Shown here: one piece after another, positions 10,071 to 23,500 of the stretch | Numbering within the stretch: position 1 is the first letter of the stretch | Layout: the number at the start of each line of letters is the position of its first letter | Origin: Monocercomonoides exilis PA203 | Lineage: Eukaryota > Protista > Preaxostyla | DNA: 64,000 nucleotides | Direction: 5' to 3' | Assembly (NCBI GenBank): GCA_001643675.2 | Contig: LSRY02000064.1 | Location: 310,001-374,000, forward strand | Position numbers and translations under genes: made by a program | Notes under the pieces: generated by a model | Told to the model about the DNA's origin: nothing | The model's database searches: none | Seen by the model: only the letters and a program-made list of their open reading frames with translations

Positions 10071-10686
10071 TTTGATTTTCGTCTATCTGATTATTACGAA
10101 GATTGTTTTGTGAACATTTGATTCAAAATTCTTTTTCTGAACGTTGATAAATTTGAGGGAATTTTTGAAAAGAAAATTGGTTGAAAATTCATTTCTTTTC
10201 TTGTCTTAACTTCAGGAATACAAAAATCATATTGAAGAGATAACTATTTAAATTTTTTTATTTCAAATGATTTGCGTTTGTAAAAAAAAAAAAAGATAAA
10301 TATATTGAAGAACAATGAAATAATTTTGTTAATGTGGAAATTATTCATTTCTCATCATGAAACTGTTGTCAACATATTTTTTAAAAAAACATTTATTTTT
10401 CAACAAAGTATTTTTTTATTGTTGATAAAGTTAAAGTATTTTCAATGGTGTATTTTTCACCATTGAATCACTCCAAAACTCAACCATTATCTTCCATTTC
10501 TTTTTTTCCATCTAGCTTGGTGATCTTTTTTTATGTTTTAATTTGAATAAAAAAGCAATTTAGAAAAATTTGATTATCCATAATAAAAATTGTTACCAAT
10601 CGTTGGAATAGTTTATTTTTTGAATTTTGATATATTCAGGATTTTTCAACGTAACTTTATTTGAGCAATAAAATAAATTTGCATGT

Positions 10687-13600
10687 ATGGGCAATGAGCA
10701 AGGAAAGATTCACCCAGAAGATAATAACGAAGATACTATTCAAGGATCAACTTTGCAACAATCTCGCCCTGAACAAAATGGAAATCTTGACTCTGATAAC
10801 ATCCAACCAACAAATATAAGCGATGGGTCATTAGAAACAACAGAAATTAGATCTCAAGATGCTGTACCTTCTGTTAGCCAACAAAATTTATTTCTTCAAC
10901 AAAATTATCCCCCAAATCCGCAACTACAATCATTGCAATCACCTCCTTCTCAGGAAGGTTTTGGTCAAAAAGCTGTTTATGATACATATCAACAAACACC
11001 TCAAGCTTTTCCAATACCTTTTGTCAAATCAGATACTCAAAAATTTCCTTCCAATGGAACATCCAACGTTCAACCTCTTCAACAAGGAGGCTTTCCTTCT
11101 TCTGTTGTACAGAAAAATTCTTTTGATTTACTCGAATCAAATAAAGGTAATATTCTTACGAAAGAATCAGTTATATCTAGTTCAATAAATAAAAGTTCTT
11201 CCGTTCCTTCATTAGTAAAGTCAAAGAAATTAAAACCAATGCTCCGTCCTTCTCCTTCTTTTTTAGAACAAACAAAGTCTTATGTGTTATCTCAAGAACA
11301 AGCGTTATATTTGTCAACTACACCATTTACTATTAAATCACTAAATGAACCTGTTTTATGTACAGCACCATTTAGAATTACTACATCTTCAAAAAAGTGG
11401 TTGGTTCCAAGTCTTTCACTTTTTCATTATTTGCACAGCGAACGTGCAGCAGTTAGTGATGCTGTAGAATGGCTGTGTGAATGGAATAAAGTTCGTTCTG
11501 AAAATCATCCAGAAATCAAAAAGAAGCGAATGATGGAAAGAATGGCGCGCGATTTGCTAAGAGAGAAAGCAAAAGAGAAAAGAAGAAGGAAACAAGAGCG
11601 AAAAAGGCGCAGAGAGATGAAAAAGCGCCGAGCGATGGAGGCTTCCGCAGATGGAGCAAGCGAACTGGAATTGCAAGAAAAAGAATCAAAGGAAAAAGAA
11701 GAACTCGAGACAAGCGAGGAGACTAGTACCGATTGGAGCCTTGAATCAAGCACAGATCCGTTCGATGAAGATGACAAAGCTTTTGAATCAGCAGCAGAAG
11801 AACTGCCAGACGATGGGCGTATTGAGTGGGATGAGTGGTGCGACAAAGAAGAGGAAGTGCAAAGCCACAACTCCCCATCTTCAAGTGATGCGGTGAGCAC
11901 ACTAGAAAATGCCCCTTCGTCCCAGTTTCTGAAGTCAGTGGCTGAGCACAAGACGAAGCTGATTACGTCCATTCCACACTTTGCACATCAACTTCTCAGC
12001 GGCATTTGCTACATCCTGGCAAAGCTGTGGAAAATAGAAGAGGTTGGATCGATTGCAGAAATCGCATCAACGCGCGTACCGCCGCCTTCGCCCGATTCAG
12101 AAAAGCTTCTGCTGATGTTTTGCCTGCGCCTGTCTCCTCACACAATCTTTCTGGATCTTCACGGAAACGTCATCATCGACTGCGCTGCGATATTTCGCCC
12201 GGTGCTCGGGAGGCTGATGGAGATCAGCACGACGTTCCAGCCAAAGGCAAGCATTGTGCAAAAAAAGGTGATGGCGCAGGTAGCTATTGCACCGTCACAT
12301 CTCAGTCAGTCGGCTGCTGCTTCTGTTCAGAATGAATTTAAACCCCAAACTACAAGCGAGGTTTCGCTGTCTTCTTCTTCTTCTTCTTCTCAAAAAGTGG
12401 TGTCTACGTCTCCGCTTCGCAATTCGACCACATCTTCACAAGCAACACTTGAGAGTGCCAGAACCAAAGAGATCAACAAAGCGATTGTGTCTGATGTCAT
12501 GGAGCTTTCGCTCAGCAGCGGGGTTTCCAGGCATCCGGCGTTCGCATTCTGCACAGATGTGGATGTTGGATTCGAGGCATTCCGCTATTCTGCGCCAGAA
12601 ACGAAGCATCCGCGCTTTTCACCTTCGGACATCACTCACAGCTCAGGTGCGTATCTGTTTGGGGAAGAATTTGACAAGAAGAAATGGGTGAAAGAGAAAA
12701 GGAAGGAGCTGCGTGAAAAGCGGAAATTGAAAGAGATGAAAGAGAGGAAGAAAGCAGGGCAGCCAGTTGTTGATGAATCTGATGATGAATCAGATGAGAG
12801 CAGCGACTATACAAGGAAAGGGAAAGGGAGGAAGGAAAAGGACAAGAACGCCAAACGAACAGCATTTGATTTTGTGTTGGACGAGCAGATGGAGTTGGCT
12901 GCAAGTGCGCTGATGCGAAAAGAGACGGCGGAATACAAGCTGAAGCACAACACCGACGACTTCCACCAGTATGTCAAAGGGAAGGCTGCTTTTGGAGATA
13001 AAATGAAGAAACCTGCTCTGAATGGAAAAAACAGTTCAAGCCAGGATTCTGGCGACTCCAGCGACGACTCAGAAGAGGAGCAAGAAGGAGAAGTTTTCCT
13101 TGTTCCTCTGACTGACACTTCTGTCGCTTCCTCTTTGTCTTTCACGTTTGGTATGATTCTTTGGGAAACACTGACTCGGCAGGTGCCCTTCTTCAGTGCA
13201 TCGCCCACACAAGCAGCACAGCAGCTGATCAGAGGCAAGCAGCCACAACTTGAAGCAATACCGCCGTCGCCCACACAGGCAGTGTGGAAGCGCATTATCT
13301 CGCGTTGCTGCACAGTCGATGCGACAGAGCGAATGAAGCTGGAGGAGATTGAGAGAGAGATCATTCCGCTTCTGGCGAGCGGCGACGAGGCGAGGCGGGT
13401 GAAGCAGCAGAACGCTGCGATCAATCGTATGAAGGAGACAGTGAAAGAGGCTGCTGCTTCTCCTGTGATTAAGCAGTATGCTCGGTTTGCAGAGAACGTA
13501 GCAAAGGCACAAGTTTTGTACCAAAAAGAGCAAGAAAAAGAAATGGAAAGGGAAATGCTGATGAGAGAAATGGAAGAAGAAGAAGATGATGATGAAAAAG

Positions 13601-13935
13601 AAGACGAAGTTGGTAGAACAAATGATTTGGATCGGAGTTCATCAAAATCTGCGAACGAAATGAGGAGATCAACACCAAATAAGACAAAAGGATTAGAAAA
13701 AGATGCGTCGATGATCCAACAGGAAATCTCAACGCAAGAACAAAATCCGAAACTGGAGTCATCTTCATTTCGCAAAAGTGAAACATTGTCGTCTGCCCAG
13801 CAAAGCTTATTCTTTCCTTCAACTTCTTCCACGGCTTCTGCTAAGCCATCAACACCAACTCCCGTCAAAGCTGTGGACGTTCCTTTAGATTTTCTAAAAT
13901 CGCTTGGCGGCAAATACAAACTTGCGCAGACTTGA
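10687..13935 (+). CDS. Putative N-myristoylated cytoplasmic pseudokinase (C-lobe only, with low-complexity insertions), 1082 aa
   Basis: Starts MGNEQGK (Gly2, Lys7). Kinase C-lobe motifs appear in order: SLFHYLH, HQLLSGICYI (alphaE), CLRLSPHTIFLDLHGNV (degenerate HRDLxxxN), RYSAPE, FTFGMILWETLTRQVPF, RCCTVDATER. No GxGxxG, VAIK, HRD or DFG, and no TM segment. Confidence 0.7.
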   Translation: MGNEQGKIHPEDNNEDTIQGSTLQQSRPEQNGNLDSDNIQPTNISDGSLETTEIRSQDAVPSVSQQNLFLQQNYPPNPQLQSLQSPPSQEGFGQKAVYDTYQQTPQAFPIPFVKSDTQKFPSNGTSNVQPLQQGGFPSSVVQKNSFDLLESNKGNILTKESVISSSINKSSSVPSLVKSKKLKPMLRPSPSFLEQTKSYVLSQEQALYLSTTPFTIKSLNEPVLCTAPFRITTSSKKWLVPSLSLFHYLHSERAAVSDAVEWLCEWNKVRSENHPEIKKKRMMERMARDLLREKAKEKRRRKQERKRRREMKKRRAMEASADGASELELQEKESKEKEELETSEETSTDWSLESSTDPFDEDDKAFESAAEELPDDGRIEWDEWCDKEEEVQSHNSPSSSDAVSTLENAPSSQFLKSVAEHKTKLITSIPHFAHQLLSGICYILAKLWKIEEVGSIAEIASTRVPPPSPDSEKLLLMFCLRLSPHTIFLDLHGNVIIDCAAIFRPVLGRLMEISTTFQPKASIVQKKVMAQVAIAPSHLSQSAAASVQNEFKPQTTSEVSLSSSSSSSQKVVSTSPLRNSTTSSQATLESARTKEINKAIVSDVMELSLSSGVSRHPAFAFCTDVDVGFEAFRYSAPETKHPRFSPSDITHSSGAYLFGEEFDKKKWVKEKRKELREKRKLKEMKERKKAGQPVVDESDDESDESSDYTRKGKGRKEKDKNAKRTAFDFVLDEQMELAASALMRKETAEYKLKHNTDDFHQYVKGKAAFGDKMKKPALNGKNSSSQDSGDSSDDSEEEQEGEVFLVPLTDTSVASSLSFTFGMILWETLTRQVPFFSASPTQAAQQLIRGKQPQLEAIPPSPTQAVWKRIISRCCTVDATERMKLEEIEREIIPLLASGDEARRVKQQNAAINRMKETVKEAAASPVIKQYARFAENVAKAQVLYQKEQEKEMEREMLMREMEEEEDDDEKEDEVGRTNDLDRSSSKSANEMRRSTPNKTKGLEKDASMIQQEISTQEQNPKLESSSFRKSETLSSAQQSLFFPSTSSTASAKPSTPTPVKAVDVPLDFLKSLGGKYKLAQT

Positions 13936-14592
13936 AGATTGATTTTGATAGCCTGTTTATATACTCATAATGTTTTATAGCTAGAAGAATGCGAACGGAG
14001 TCTGCTGATGTTTGTGCAGTCATTAAGCGATTTATCCTGAAAACATTATCATTTCATGTTGAATTTTGTAACTATTTATCTTTGTCAACATTTTCATAGA
14101 TTTTTATTTGTAAAATCCAGTTTTCCGAGCAAAGGAAATGATATTTTGTTTTTTTTTTTTTTATGTTTGTTTGAATAAAATTTCATTTTTTCCCCCCATT
14201 TCGTGGAATAGCATTTTTTTCCAATTGTTTTAGTAACTTAGAAAAATTGAGAATTCATTTTTATAATTTGAGTACTGCTTGTTTTGCAATTTACATGTTG
14301 ATTTCAAAAATGAAAACTCTTCAAAATTATAACAATAAAAATGAACAAAATATTGTAAAAAACGTAAAAGAATTTTTGATGAAGCACAAAGTGCACAACG
14401 AAATTCAAAAACAGGAATATAATTATGAACAAAAATTAATCTATCAAAAACACAACTGAGGTGCTATTAGAGAAAGAAGAAAAAATAATAGAAATCGGAG
14501 TTATAATTAGACCAATATTCTTATAAATAGAAATTCTTATTCAAGATAAATATATAATTCTTTAAAAAAGGTCGTATCAATATTCGAAGTTT

Positions 14593-17500
14593 TTATGTTG
14601 GCTTACGTCTGCGAGGACGCGAGGCAATGAGAGCAACAGCTGAAGACTGCCTCGCAAGAGGGGGCACAGGCTTCGGTGGCTCCACAGCAGCTGCACTTTT
14701 TGCTTCAGCTTTGTGATAAAACGAAGGTGCAATCACACTTGATGAGTTTGGTGATAGAGGGGGCAATTGAGTCGTGTATTCCTCTTCTGCAGGATTAAAA
14801 GAATGTGAAACAGAGGCTCGAGGAGACAATGCAAAACCTGGTGAAACTGGCTGCGGAGGAGGCTTTGCATAAACAGGCTGAATAACTGGCGTTGATAATT
14901 GAGATGAGCACTTGTACTCTCGCACAGGTGTTTTGGGAACTGGGGCAAAATCTCCAAATTCAGAAAGATCATCCAGCCGAGATTGCTTTTTCCTGGGCCG
15001 TTTTTGTGGCTGTTGACTTGAAGACTGAGCTTTATTCTTTTCAGCATTTTGTTTTTGCATTGACATTGGGTTGGTTCTTTTTCCTAATTTTTGTTCATCT
15101 TCTGTTGAAACATTACTATTATCTGTTTGTATTTGTTCTAAATTTCCATCATGTGAAACTTCCATTTGCTCGTTTGAAGTTTGAGGAATAACCAAAGGCG
15201 GGATTTGTTTTCCTCTTCCACGTACTGGAGGTCCCTGTTCAACGAGATTTGAAGCAGATATTGGGGCCTGAATAGGCTTTATTGGAGTTGCTTGGGAAGC
15301 AATGCTTGTACGAGGTGTAACAGGTGTGAAATGGCTTGTATCAGAAAAACGAAGAGCAGAGGCATTAGCCGGTGATGAAGTGGAAGAAGGAATCTGAGAT
15401 GAAAGTTGAGAGTTATATGGTGAGTCGATCATTGTTTGTCGAGAATCTTGTGGGTTGCATTGAGAGAGCGTTGATTGGGAGAGCTGAGATTGCTGTCCAA
15501 TGCGTCCAAAAACAGTTGGCATTGGGCTCTGTATTGTTGAAGAAGTTGACAATGAAGAAGCTTGAGGAGTTTGCAATGACTGCATTGGAGTTGAGGGATT
15601 TGACGTAACAATAGTTGAAAATGGTTGTGGGTATGGGGTTTGAGGTGATGGACAGGCAGAACCGATAACACTATCAGCTAGCATGGAAGCTGATATTGGT
15701 GATGAAAAAGTAGATTGCATCGGAGAAGAGAGAGCAGATGTTATTATCGAACTTGATCTACTATGACTACCGTTGTGGTGTGATATGTCTACAATATTTT
15801 GTTGATTGTTATCAACATCATTCATGAATTGGTCAAGAAATTGACTTATTTCCACTGGTTGTTCGGCTTTGGGTTTAATTTCAAAATGGGGAACATTTGG
15901 ACTCTGCTGAGGAGACTCCCGAGATGCTGGTTTAATATGTCGATTAGAAGGCCGACAAACCACAAGTGGAGATGTTTGTGGCGAAGAAAAAGTAGAAGAT
16001 TGGCGTATTCGCTCCATTTTTTGTGACAGAGGAGAATGGCTTGCTGAAGAGGATGAAGAGCTCATCGATGAACCACAAATAGGTGAAGAAATAAAATCAG
16101 TTCCTGTGGATTCCATTTTTGAAAATCCTCGCTTTCCATGAATTGGAGACTTTTTCAAAGAAGCTGGTGAAAGAGAATGCGATTTATTTGAACTTATGCT
16201 ATCGGCAAGACTCATGATTTTCTCATTTTCTGTTCCTAAAGGAATTGGTGTCATTTCAATATTCTTTTCTCCATTTCTCATGATAGATGGAGAAGCGGAA
16301 CTTCCAGAACTTGAAGATGGCGAATCTTCAAAGCTGTTGCTGCTCGCTGAAGAAGGATAAAGATCAGCTGATGAAGGTGATTCAGGGCCCAATGGTATAA
16401 TATGCACAGATGTCACATCATCGCCTTCATTTTCTCTGTCATTTATTGCAGCTTCCAGTTCTTCTTCTTCATCATCAACCAGTAGTGCCTGCTGCACGGC
16501 TGTTTTATCTTCTTCAGTCCAAGTTGCAATGCTCATGCTTTTCGTCTTACTATTTCGCTTTCTCATAACAATCACTACTACTACAAGTATTAATAATAGT
16601 ACGCACAACGCAATGAGATATGGAAGAATTGTTGATATGTTGAAAGGCTCTTTTGTTTCAGATAATTTCTCCATCTTATCTCTCACAATAAGATCGTTCG
16701 TTTTTTTCCATTCACCTTTATGATCCAAAAACAGAAGTCGACCTCTCCATTGCACTGACGAATCTCCAAGCTTTGATGTTTCAATTGTTGCAGTTGCATA
16801 ACTTTCATTAACGACATTCATTGATTCAAAAATTATATTGCTTATTTCACCGTTACTTGACTGTCCATTTGAACTTGCTTGAGATGTTGCATTTGCAGCA
16901 AGAAACAATTCAAAATGCATTGTACATGGCATCAGCATCGATCCAGTAAATGCAATGTCTGATTCTGCTCCATATGAAGTAAATTGGATGCTTTCCAATC
17001 TAGGTACAAATAATGGTGACGGAAAATCTTCAAGAATTCCCGTCAAAGTACAGTTTTTGCTATCAATCCAAAGTGATGGTAGTTCAGATGATGCAGCCTG
17101 CTTGTTTATCACAACGTTTTTCAAGCTTTCTACATTCAATCGTCCTTCATTTTCGCAATGAATATTTCGACGAGCTGATGGAAAGAGTGGAATCTCTGGA
17201 TTATTTCCTGTAAAGAAAATATCAGATAATTGAACATCTCCTCCAGAAATGGACAAAGCCCCTTGTGCAGAATATGATATTTCTGTACTCTTCAAAAGTG
17301 CAATACACTCCTTTAAATGGATTTGAGAAGATGACCATCCGCAAGGTACATCCATTTCTTCATTTGATAATGAAAGAGAATTCACTGGAAGCTGTTTTCC
17401 ATTAAAAGTGCAAAGATTGATAGAAATATCAAATAGAGTAAAAGAAGCGATCATTCCATATGAAACAGGCTGAAGAAGGGATCTGCAATCTTCAAATGAA

Positions 17501-20500
17501 CACTCTTCGAGAATAAATTGTGGCAGAAGGGTTTCTTCTTCATTTGATTGTTCAGACTTTTTACCCCCAACCAAATCAAATACACTTGATGACGATAATT
17601 TTGACATTGTTTGACAGGTAATAAATGAGCATTTTTTAAATGTAATTGACGACTGTGAATCAAAATTTGTATCAGAAGAGGCTGATGAAGCAATCTGAGA
17701 CATAACTGAAGGTCCTCTTCCATTTGCTCTTTCGATTGCAGAAAACTTTGTGTTTAATACTGTTATTGTAGTTATTTCGTTAGCCCGAAGATTTTGCTTT
17801 TGATCCGAAGAATTTGAACTAGTATCATTATTGCTCAAGTTTTGAGAGTTGCTTGAAACAATCTGTATCACTGGTGAATCAATTGATACTAGATTTTCAA
17901 AGGACGAATCATTCACTTTTATTGTTGTTCCAAGGGATAGTTGAATTATTCCAAATAGAGTCTCTGCTGATATGAAAGAAACACAAACAGATTGCATAGT
18001 CATTGCACCTTTCGAGGCAGATATTAGGGCGCACTTGATCGGAGAAGTTGCTTTAATGAATGAAAGATGGTTAAGTGTGAGTCTTTCACCTGATGATCCG
18101 ATAACTGAAGGCATTTGAGGTAATGAACTTGACGACTCCGATGAGAGGCTGAATTTAATGTATGCAATAAAGCAAACTCCTTCATTTGATATCAAAGGCT
18201 GTAACAAAGTTTTATTTGATGGAGCAGCAATTACAATAGACGCCGTATCAACAAATTCGTTACTCATAATTGAATCATCATAATTTTGCTCTTCATTTGA
18301 TGCACGTAAAGGCTCAGATAGTTGAGAAGGTTTGAACGTTATTCCAGTTGCATTAATCGATGTGGAAACAGAAACACTATTATTTATGGCGATCGTTGAA
18401 AATGAACCAGAAAGATGGGTAACACCAAATTCAAGTGTCTTGCAAGGTGACGCTGGCCTTCCGCACATGAACGAATCTCGGCGATTTTCAGTTTTCACGT
18501 ATACAATTTCATTGTGGTATTCTAAAAGAAACAAGAATAAGTCTGTGTTAGAGGGATATTCATTTTCATCAATTCCGTACAGAGAATTGTTTCTTTCGAA
18601 AGGAGAATCAAAAGAGAAGTTGAAAGCTGATTGATGAATAGTCGCTTCCAAATTAAATGAATGCACAAATACATCTCTTCCACAAAAGGCTGTGTTACCA
18701 GAAAAAATTGTGCCATGGAAGAGGTAATCACATGATGATTCGCTATTTAGTTGAAGGAAGATTGCTCCACCTCTTCCTTTTGTTGAAGGTGCTGAACAAT
18801 CAGACAAAGTCCCATTATTCAAATAAAAAGACCCAGAACCAGAAACAGTTGCATGAAGTGCACCTCCATCGCCGTCTTGTGTAGAAATTGTACTAAAATC
18901 AGATTCATTGACAATGACTGAGCATCCAGTATCAACACATAAATGAATTATTGCTCCATTGCCATTTGCGGAAGCAATTTGTGAAAATGTTGAAGAACGA
19001 ATTTCAACTTTGCTTGCATTGCTTGTTTCAATAAGATGTTTCGAAAGAGAAATGAATGATGATGATGAACACCTCATCATTTCGAGAGTGCAACCAGAAT
19101 TAACATGAATTAAATTTCCGCCAATTCGCAACGCCGAAAAACTGACCGCTGTGAAGGTAGAAGTGGACATATCATTCAATTTGAGTAGAAAATCATTTTC
19201 AGCAAAAGATATTTGCTCGAATGAAACATCTGAAAGAGTAAGAGTACCAATTCTAACGTCAAACAAAGAAGGTGATGTTGAAGACACTCCGACTTGCAAC
19301 GGAGAAAAATTCGAAGTCGTAAAAGATAAAAGTGCACCCCGAGAAACAAATAGAGAGGAAAGATAAGTTAGTGAAGATGGAAGTGTGAAATTTAAACGAG
19401 AAAATGCTAATGATCCATCATTTGTTATCAATCCATAAACATCTGCCTCAACATTCGTGCTATCTCGAAGGTGCAGAATAGCCTCCTTTGATTCTTCTTC
19501 ATTTCGACTCGAATATTGTGATAGTAATTGATTATTGTACGTGCTTATACTCATTGTTCCGGTTATATGAATTGTCTCACTAATAAACGATTCAGTAACA
19601 ACGGCAACATTTGTAAGCAATCGAGAAACAGCCTGGGTGAAGCCATGATGCAATGAGAAGCAAGGCACAGAAGCTGAGCCACATAAAGGTGCATCTCTTC
19701 CAGTGATTGAAGATGAGTAAATTGTTGTTCCAATCTTTGTGAAATAATCAATAACAGAACATGAAACATTAGTTACGCGATCAAATGACCATAGACGCTC
19801 CGAATTCTCCAGTGAAAAAGAATCAGTAAATCGAACTTCTTCAATATGCGATGCTAAATTAGGTCCATCTAAATACAAGTCTGCTCCAAATTCGGCGTTT
19901 CCCATTCTGAACGTTACAGACCTCAATGAATATGTGTAATTCGACTGTTCTCCCAAAAGTGATAAATAAATTGCTCCACCTTTCCCTTTAGTAGAATAAC
20001 AACTCGAAAATGTTATGTCGCTTAATGAAAAACTACCGTTATTTTCGACTGAAATATGTATACACCCTCCATTTGATTCTGTACTTCCACAAGATGTAAA
20101 TTCACATCCGCCATCAACGCTCAAATTACACGATTTTCCAATAATTGCCGAAAGCACACTTCCTTCTCCTTTGCTCTCAATTTGATTGAATGTTGAATGA
20201 GAATAAATTGTAATTGACGCAGCATAATCTGTCTTGATAAGCGAGCCATTTTCCATTTTGCATTCCTTAAATGATGATTCCAATACGGATAATTCACATT
20301 CGGGCCCAAGTGAAATGGCACTGGAAGTTTTTTTGAATGAAAGAGACGAAAGAGATGCTTGATTTATCGTTATGCTGGACTCTTCTACTAAGCTGATAAT
20401 GTTTCTGCTTTCTTCGACGTTCATCAAAGAAATAATCACTTTCTCTATATTCAGATTTCCTTTTGAAACAGAAATTAAACTAAATGGGCAAATATTCTGT

Positions 20501-23500
20501 GGAGAACTTGCACTGAAATCGCAAGAATTCAACGAAGCGTTTCCTCCGTCTATTGCAAGCAAGACTTTCCTTGTTGATATCTCCGGAACAGAAAACGACA
20601 ATTTCTCGAAAAATATTGAACTTTCTTTTTGAGGAGTTGTAAGAAGGCTAATTCCTGCAAGTGAAGAAATTATTACAGTTGAAAGTTGATTGTCAGAGGA
20701 TTTAACAGTAGTTGTTGTATCAGTTAAAATTGCCAACTCATCTAAATGACCGCTTCCTCGTAACAAAACTGTTCGGTGTTCATTTGTCAATCGATTGAAA
20801 GAATATGAAATCGATTTGCATGCAAGAAGAATGTGCCCACACATGATGTGGTTGTCTTCTTCGCTGTTCACATAGATCACATCTTGCGCCCGAAACAGAT
20901 AGTACAAAAGCGAACTGGACGAGTTCTCGCTTTCGCTCCGCAGCTCATCAACACCCCAGAGCGAGTTTCGCCCTGTTGCTATCGAGAAAGACCCGCTCCA
21001 TTTCGTTTCCTCAATCGTATCTTCAAATGACCCGCCTTTCACAAACACATCTGCTCCCAGCAAAGCCTTGTTGCCTAAAAACACCAAGTTCTTCAGTGAA
21101 TAATCCACATCCTTCTCGCTCTTGTCAAACTCCAGGTATATCCCTCCTCCGTTTCCTTCTCTTGCTTCACACTCTTCTAATGCGCATTCAATAACAGATA
21201 GTGATCCATTCCCAACTATTGTTGAAGAAATTGATCCACCATTCCCATGTTGATTTATGCACTTTGTAAATGTAACATTATCTTCAATGGTTACAGAATC
21301 AGAATTTCCAATAGAGCAGCAAATAGTAGCATTAAGGGTGCTGGAAATATTTGCAAACTTTGTAACTGTCTTTATTGTGATGTTTCTTGCTTTTTCTGAC
21401 CCAATAACGCAACTGTTGCTTAAAGTGATGTTCTTAAATGTTGATTCTATCACAGAAAGTGTTGTTCCCATAGAAAATACAATGACTCCCTTTGCAGAAG
21501 AAGAAGACACATTTTCGACAGTCAACTGAGCGCACTCCGCAATTGACGAACCAGTTGCATCAATAAAGGGACTATTTTGTCCAAGAGATATTGTTATTAA
21601 CGATGTTGATTTCAGTAACAATTTTCCTGCTCCAGAAAGCGTAATGATAGTTGCTGAAAATGGTAAGTCCAATGAATTTTGTTCAAAAATGCTTGATGTT
21701 ACTGATAACGTACCAGCATTTGAAGATATTATAGATGATACACTGGAAGTGGAAGGAAGAAGAAATTCTATTTCTGAGAATGCGATCGATTGTTCGTCTG
21801 AAGAACCCAAAACATAATTTGTAATACAACCTTTATCAGAAATGTTCAATCTTGCTGTGCTAGATAACCCTGATACAGCACAAGAAGCTCCATTTATAGC
21901 AGCAATATCTTGAAGTGATCCTTGATCTTGAATCTTTATTGTTTGTTTGGAAGGAAGCGAATGTTTCAGAGAATACTCTAGCGACTTGCATGGAAGTTGT
22001 AAATGACCGCATCTTATGTGATTTTCAAAAAGTGAACTCATGTAAATGACTTCAGAAGGCTTGTACAAATAATATAATAATGATGTCGAAGCATTCTGTT
22101 CTGGTGTGAGTGTTCTATCAATTCCCCACAAATTATCAATCTGATGAAGCGAATAAGACCCAATCCAGCTTGATTCAACAACTGTGCTATCAAAGTAGGC
22201 TCCGTCCAAATAAACATCGCTTCCAAGTGTTGCTTGATTATTTGAAAATGCTACTGATTGGAAAAGATAAGAAGCTATTCTTTCGCTTTGATCAAGTTGA
22301 AGAAATACACCTCCTCCAACTCCATTTAACGCTTTGCATTCAATTATTTGGCATCCAACCATATTTAAAATTCCTCCTTTATAAAGATTGAAGCTCAACG
22401 CGCCTCCATCCCCATCTGACGATGAACAATTTTGAAATGCAACAGATCCATTTATCATAACTTTGTTTTCATTTCCAATATTGCTTCTGATTGCACAGCT
22501 TCCCTTACTGCTAATAATATTGAAAAATGTAACAGGTGCCGAAATATTCAAATCGTTTGCCCGATCTGTACGGATGATTGAATTTTCATCCAAAATTATT
22601 TGGTCAAATGCTGTCTCCGTTATGCTCGTCGATGAGCTAATTCCACTTTCAATAAAAGATGCCGAGCCTGATAAATCAATTTGTGATACAATCAAATGAT
22701 CAAGCAAAATACTTGACGATCCTTTTGATAAAATGAAAGAATTCAGCAAAGTTAATCTTAGAGATTGAATCGATGAATAGTAAAACTCAAATGATCCACC
22801 AGTTATTAAAATCAACGAAAAATCTGTTGAAGCATCCACTTCATTCTGGATAATTGAACTCGAAGTGATGGATATAATTCCTCCATTGGATTCTATCATT
22901 GCTTTTGGTGTTTCATCAGTTGAAAGCATTTGATCGTATTTGTTTGAAAGTTGAGAGGAAGAAAATGTTGGTAAAATAAACTGAACAGAAGATATGTTCA
23001 CGAGTTGGCTGTCTCTTACTGTTGCAATATTTGTGATCTTTCCATTGTTAGTCACTGTTATCGTAGAACTATCAGACTCTGAAGTAATTGTCAGATTCCG
23101 TCCTGCAATTTCGGCAAAATCATTTATTAGTCCATTTTCTTTCACAATAATGGTTTGCCTTTGAACCGCCAATCGTGTCAAAGAAAATGGAATAGATTTG
23201 CATGGCAAAATGAAATGCCCACACATCGCATGATTCGTATCATTTGAAGAAGAATACACTTTGTCAGAAGGGCGGAATAAATAATAAAGCAATGAAGCGG
23301 ACGAATTATCGTCCTCTGTTATCGATAAATCGATTCCACAAAAAGCTTCGCGAGGAGTTAATAAAGAATATGAGCCTGTCCATCTAGAATCTACAATCAC
23401 TTCATCAAATGAACTTCCTTTAATATATACATCATTTCCAAAAACTCCTGTGTTAGTAGAAAATGTTAAGTAGTGAAGCGAATAGATCACTTCTGCTCCA

